From: Raja brachyura
Lineage: Eukaryota
Reading direction: 5' to 3'
Length of the DNA stretch: 64,000 bases
Assembly: GCA_963514005.1 (NCBI GenBank)
Contig: OY740806.1
Coordinates: 23,374,001 to 23,438,000 of the forward strand
The notes beneath the pieces are model-generated. The model saw only the letters and a list, made by a program, of their open reading frames with translations, made no database searches and had not been told where the DNA came from. A program made the translations under genes and the position numbers. Shown in pieces: positions 63,301-64,000 of the stretch; the stretch's first letter is position 1; the number at the start of each line of letters is the position of its first letter.

Positions 63301-63307
63301 GCGAATC
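27272..63307 (-). CDS. ARHGEF12: Rho guanine nucleotide exchange factor 12 (LARG), RGS-like domain to C-terminus, 29 exons; PDZ-encoding 5' exons lie beyond the window end
   Basis: Phase-continuous exons encode [12 protein letters not shown]-like ([21 protein letters not shown]), DH ([34 protein letters not shown]) and PH ([25 protein letters not shown]) motifs plus C-terminal [12 protein letters not shown]; recalled human sequence matches ARHGEF12 better than ARHGEF1/11. Confidence 0.93.
29282..29345 (-). CDS. ARHGEF12: ARHGEF12 penultimate exon [21 protein letters not shown], with putative GC donor
   Basis: tttcAG acceptor, in phase; ends in CAG|GCAAGT; read-through would stop after GKCLITLRC. 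Confidence 0.7.
29445..30165 (-). mobile_element. CR1-clade LINE 3' fragment
   Basis: Minus ORFs [18 protein letters not shown]...QRRFTRLI and [15 protein letters not shown], plus CR1 3'UTR tail. Confidence 0.9.
30817..31076 (-). CDS. ARHGEF12: ARHGEF12 tail exon [14 protein letters not shown]...[17 protein letters not shown] (coiled coil)
   Basis: ggcAG / GTAAT; SSTDE and IHxIExDL motifs. Confidence 0.88.
31513..31968 (-). CDS. ARHGEF12: ARHGEF12 tail exon LHSLRRLL...[15 protein letters not shown]...RSS
   Basis: tatAG / GTTGG; [11 protein letters not shown] resembles mammalian FFDAREAHSDE. Confidence 0.85.
32280..32522 (-). CDS. ARHGEF12: ARHGEF12 tail exon GKEVDDPL...SRAEAALIN
   Basis: cacAG / GTAAG; open frame. 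Confidence 0.8.
33171..33268 (-). CDS. ARHGEF12: ARHGEF12 tail exon [16 protein letters not shown]...SDPTQ
   Basis: tgcAG / GTACC; phase 2-1 bridges neighbours; acidic stretch like mammalian DNDEED. Confidence 0.72.
33992..34293 (+). mobile_element. tRNA-derived V-SINE (HE1-like)
   Basis: ggcacggtggcgcagc A-box-like head, V-domain gagtttgtacgttctccccgt...ccacactccaaagacgt, CR1-like tail gggccgaagggcctgt..ctgtatctctaaa(actaaa). Confidence 0.85.
34560..35890. mobile_element. Cluster of four alternating-orientation CR1 fragments
   Basis: FSKASDKVP-like DNA (+), [13 protein letters not shown] (-), [10 protein letters not shown] (+), then a minus 3' piece. Confidence 0.75.
36379..36459 (-). CDS. 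ARHGEF12: ARHGEF12 PH-end exon [26 protein letters not shown]
   Basis: tacAG / GTAAG; conserved PH-terminal Trp. Confidence 0.88.
36911..37255 (+). mobile_element. Penelope-like retroelement 3' fragment: GIY-YIG endonuclease C-terminus plus pseudo-LTR with hammerhead motif
   Basis: Frame reads [48 protein letters not shown], the R..E..I..L....P.G.N end of the PLE GIY-YIG domain, followed by a pyrimidine-rich tract and the terminal repeat found throughout the window. Confidence 0.85.
37166..37193 (+). ncRNA. Minimal hammerhead ribozyme motif (best-preserved copy)
   Basis: CTGAAGA-A-GGGTC-TC-GACCT-GAAAC-GTC: CUGANGA and GAAA core boxes, stem II hairpin, palindromic minimal stem III, GUC cleavage triad; located in a PLE pseudo-LTR. 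Confidence 0.75.
38266..38523 (+). mobile_element. V-SINE inserted inside a Penelope terminal repeat
   Basis: Same V-domain; splits ctggagtaact|cagcaggtcaggcagc with AACT on both sides. Confidence 0.82.
38563..38590 (-). ncRNA. Minimal hammerhead motif copy, CpG-decayed stem III
   Basis: Minus strand CTGAAGA-A-GGGTC-CC-GACCT-GAAACATT. Confidence 0.5.
38910..39440 (+). mobile_element. CR1 3' fragment with fold-back inverted duplication at its 5' end
   Basis: CR1 3' end/tail at 39050-39440; 38942-39034 is the reverse complement of 39050-39135. Confidence 0.8.
39619..39706 (-). CDS. ARHGEF12: ARHGEF12 PH exon [29 protein letters not shown]
   Basis: ttcAG / GTAGG. Confidence 0.94.
40513..40680 (-). 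CDS. ARHGEF12: ARHGEF12 PH exon [13 protein letters not shown]...VLVREVAT
   Basis: catAG / GTTAG. Confidence 0.94.
42519..42594 (-). CDS. ARHGEF12: ARHGEF12 PH exon [25 protein letters not shown]
   Basis: ttaAG / GTGAG. Confidence 0.93.
42731..42808 (-). CDS. ARHGEF12: ARHGEF12 exon [26 protein letters not shown]
   Basis: gtcAG / GTGAG. Confidence 0.94.
43612..43712 (-). CDS. ARHGEF12: ARHGEF12 DH-end exon [33 protein letters not shown] (alternative in-frame acceptor 6 nt upstream, exon end 43718)
   Basis: TAGATCCAG double acceptor / GTGAG donor. Confidence 0.9.
44324..44438 (-). CDS. ARHGEF12: ARHGEF12 DH exon [38 protein letters not shown]
   Basis: tgcAG / GTATG; canonical DH CR3 motif. 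Confidence 0.95.
45457..45582 (-). CDS. ARHGEF12: ARHGEF12 DH exon [28 protein letters not shown]...AIIQ
   Basis: ctcAG / GTGAG. Confidence 0.94.
45960..46585 (-). mobile_element. CR1-clade LINE 3' fragment
   Basis: [20 protein letters not shown]...[19 protein letters not shown]; 3' tail. Confidence 0.9.
47416..47501 (-). CDS. ARHGEF12: ARHGEF12 DH exon [28 protein letters not shown]
   Basis: tccAG / GTGAG. Confidence 0.93.
48561..48707 (-). CDS. ARHGEF12: ARHGEF12 DH exon [16 protein letters not shown]...[12 protein letters not shown]
   Basis: tgcAG / GTAAA. Confidence 0.94.
49265..49449 (-). CDS. ARHGEF12: ARHGEF12 exon ending [29 protein letters not shown] (DH start)
   Basis: cctAG / GTAAG. 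Confidence 0.93.
50466..50513 (-). CDS. ARHGEF12: ARHGEF12 small exon [15 protein letters not shown]
   Basis: tttcAG / GTGAG; TPKP motif; phase 2-2. Confidence 0.8.
50760..50904 (-). CDS. ARHGEF12: ARHGEF12 linker exon DSAPATP...[12 protein letters not shown]
   Basis: cctcAG / GTGAG; LDQVxEE motif. Confidence 0.85.
51071..51330 (-). mobile_element. Short retroposon/LINE 3' end with (TTCA)n tail; related to the insertion at 62366-62760
   Basis: Minus strand: ccaccacagtgag..ctcactgtggtgg hairpin, T/G-rich tract, gacaataaa, (ttca)n. Confidence 0.6.
51671..51871 (-). CDS. ARHGEF12: ARHGEF12 linker exon [14 protein letters not shown]...EGSDASY...ECET
   Basis: tttAG / GTAGC; open frame, phase 1-1. 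Confidence 0.8.
51969..52077 (-). CDS. ARHGEF12: ARHGEF12 exon [28 protein letters not shown]
   Basis: caacAG / GTAAG. Confidence 0.88.
52547..53728. mobile_element. hAT-like non-autonomous DNA transposon
   Basis: Perfect 14-bp TIR CAGGCACGTGCCGT, exact 8-bp TSD ATCCAAAT (52539-52546 and 53729-53736), subterminal GGGTAGGCA/TGCCTACCC repeats, GC-rich interior with internal inverted repeats. Confidence 0.9.
53753..53870 (-). CDS. ARHGEF12: ARHGEF12 exon [24 protein letters not shown]...FFPKKK
   Basis: ggcAG / GTATG; YMKxLGVKVK motif. Confidence 0.92.
54273..54305 (-). CDS. ARHGEF12: ARHGEF12 micro-exon [11 protein letters not shown] (33 nt)
   Basis: ttttAG / GTAAG; phase 2-2 fits neighbours. 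Confidence 0.82.
54545..55072 (+). mobile_element. CR1-clade LINE 3' fragment
   Basis: LVRPHLEYC-like [20 protein letters not shown], 3' tail. Further CR1 pieces at ~1-130, 270-395, 1590-1750, 6170-6440, 8900-9220, 11810-12195, 20475-20720, 21910-22210, 27520-27880, 28300-28790, 32605-32730, 41480-41630, 56250-56450, 56775-57150. Confidence 0.85.
55880..56020 (-). CDS. ARHGEF12: ARHGEF12 exon [21 protein letters not shown]...KIDEVL
   Basis: caacAG / GTAAG. Confidence 0.93.
56462..56772 (+). mobile_element. V-SINE (HE1-like)
   Basis: tRNA-like head (cccgggtttgatcctgacc), V-domain, ctaaactaaa tail. Confidence 0.8.
57410..58262 (+). mobile_element. CR1-clade LINE ORF2 (RT) fragment, frameshifted
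   Basis: [63 protein letters not shown]. Confidence 0.92.
58263..58607 (-). mobile_element. CR1 RT fragment in opposite orientation abutting the preceding copy
   Basis: Reverse complement begins agtgactagtggggta..caaggctcggtgttggga and covers the FADD region. Confidence 0.8.
58852..58954 (-). CDS. ARHGEF12: ARHGEF12 exon [13 protein letters not shown]...QTHLEDFR
   Basis: tttcAG / GTAAG; LEDFR motif. Confidence 0.9.
60308..60350 (-). CDS. ARHGEF12: ARHGEF12 exon [14 protein letters not shown]
   Basis: cccAG / GTAAG; 43 nt; phase fits. Confidence 0.88.
60849..60947 (-). CDS. ARHGEF12: ARHGEF12 exon [33 protein letters not shown]
   Basis: ctcAG / GTGAG. Confidence 0.93.
61428..61600 (+). mobile_element. 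Decayed Penelope-like GIY-YIG fragment
   Basis: [20 protein letters not shown] resembles PLE YIGETKRRLGDRFAEHLRSV; downstream DNA similar to 36911-36990. Confidence 0.6.
61740..62900 (+). mobile_element. Rex1/Babar-like LINE 3' fragment (RT C-terminus/DUF1891 region) interrupted by a nested insertion at ~62366-62760
   Basis: [50 protein letters not shown]; resumes at acagtttcttccc 62761. Related pieces at ~46590-46900 (-) and 63575-63975 (+). Confidence 0.82.
62395..62552 (+). repeat. CpG-rich ~39-bp minisatellite (gggagcttcgcccaccggctgcgggagtttcgatcatcc) within the nested insertion
   Basis: 3-4 imperfect tandem units built from ~19-20-bp subunits. Confidence 0.8.
63024..63134 (-). CDS. ARHGEF12: ARHGEF12 exon [37 protein letters not shown] (RGS-like)
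   Basis: ttacAG / GTAAG; 83-nt intron to previous exon. Confidence 0.93.
63218..63307 (-). CDS. ARHGEF12: ARHGEF12 exon [30 protein letters not shown]
   Basis: aAG acceptor, GTAAG donor; IIGAEDDDF motif preceding the RGS-like domain. Confidence 0.9.
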
Positions 63308-64000
63308 CTTCAGGTAGAGAAAGAAGAAAAGCTTATTACAAAAACTATAGTCAACGATTTGACATTGACACCAGCTTCTGCACTAGCTTACCGCCATCAT
63401 TTTATTCTTTAGCCTCTATTTGCGTTTACTTGCTCAGTAAAGGCCATTGCCCTGAGACATGTTCGAGCTATCCTCTACTGTTGCCCTGGCTGGTGTATGA
63501 TCATTATCTGCTACTATGTTGGGGGCTTAATAGGACCAATCTCACCCTGGTCACTCCCTCTACTCCTCTCCCCCATCAGGCAAGCGATGCAGAAGTATGA
63601 AAACGCATACCTCTAGATTCAGGAAAGGTTTCTTCTCAACTGTTATCAGACAACTGAACCAGCCTCTCCAACTCAAACCCGTTCCTAAACTACCATCTAT
63701 CTCATTGGAGACCTTCAATCTTTAATTGGACTTTATTGGACTTCAATGTTATATCTTTGCACTAAATGGCGTATCCTCTATTTGTGCATGGTGGACAGTT
63801 TGATTGTATTCATGTATGCTAAACTAAACTCTCTCTCCCTCCATCCTAGTCACGCTCCTATTTATGGTTCAAATCCCACCCGTGAGTTCCATGCTCAAAA
63901 ACATTTAGTTTCTTTGACTGGATAGCAAGCAAACAAAAACTTTTCACTATACCTTGGTACATGTGACAATAACTAAACACAAGGTTACTGCTTCATGGCA

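Noticed and set aside
27272-63307. Alternative identity as ARHGEF11 or ARHGEF1
   Set aside because: Peptides such as QKRxMGxT..ExELxKLDAER, FFDA/FYDA..HSDE, SSTDE and linkage to TECTA fit ARHGEF12; a phylogeny would be decisive

Overview
Eukaryotic (vertebrate) genomic DNA, most likely from a cartilaginous fish (skate/ray-like, inferred from the repeat landscape of V-SINE/HE1-like SINEs, CR1-type LINEs and very dense Penelope-like terminal repeats). It holds the 3' parts of two convergent, tail-to-tail multi-exon genes. TECTA (alpha-tectorin, + strand) has 14 exons from 3543 to the stop at 23336, encoding TIL/VWD3/C8, TIL/VWD4/C8, the ZP module, an EGF-like repeat and a GPI signal. ARHGEF12/LARG (- strand) has 29 exons from 63307 down to a putative stop at 27272, encoding RGS-like, DH, PH and C-terminal coiled-coil regions, then a ~2.8 kb 3'UTR. 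Both genes start outside the window. Exons were delimited by hand from splice sites with continuous reading phase. The introns are full of mobile-element debris: CR1 and Rex1/Babar LINE fragments, V-SINEs, two PIF/Harbinger-like MITEs, one hAT-like non-autonomous element, and many Penelope-like pseudo-LTR fragments. The most striking extra structure is that the Penelope-derived repeat carries a minimal hammerhead ribozyme motif (CTGAAGA-A-stem II-GAAACGTC) in over a dozen intact-to-decayed copies, often in inverted pairs. There is a hint that copies sense to the host pre-mRNA are the disabled ones. Most short ORFs in the supplied track are spurious.
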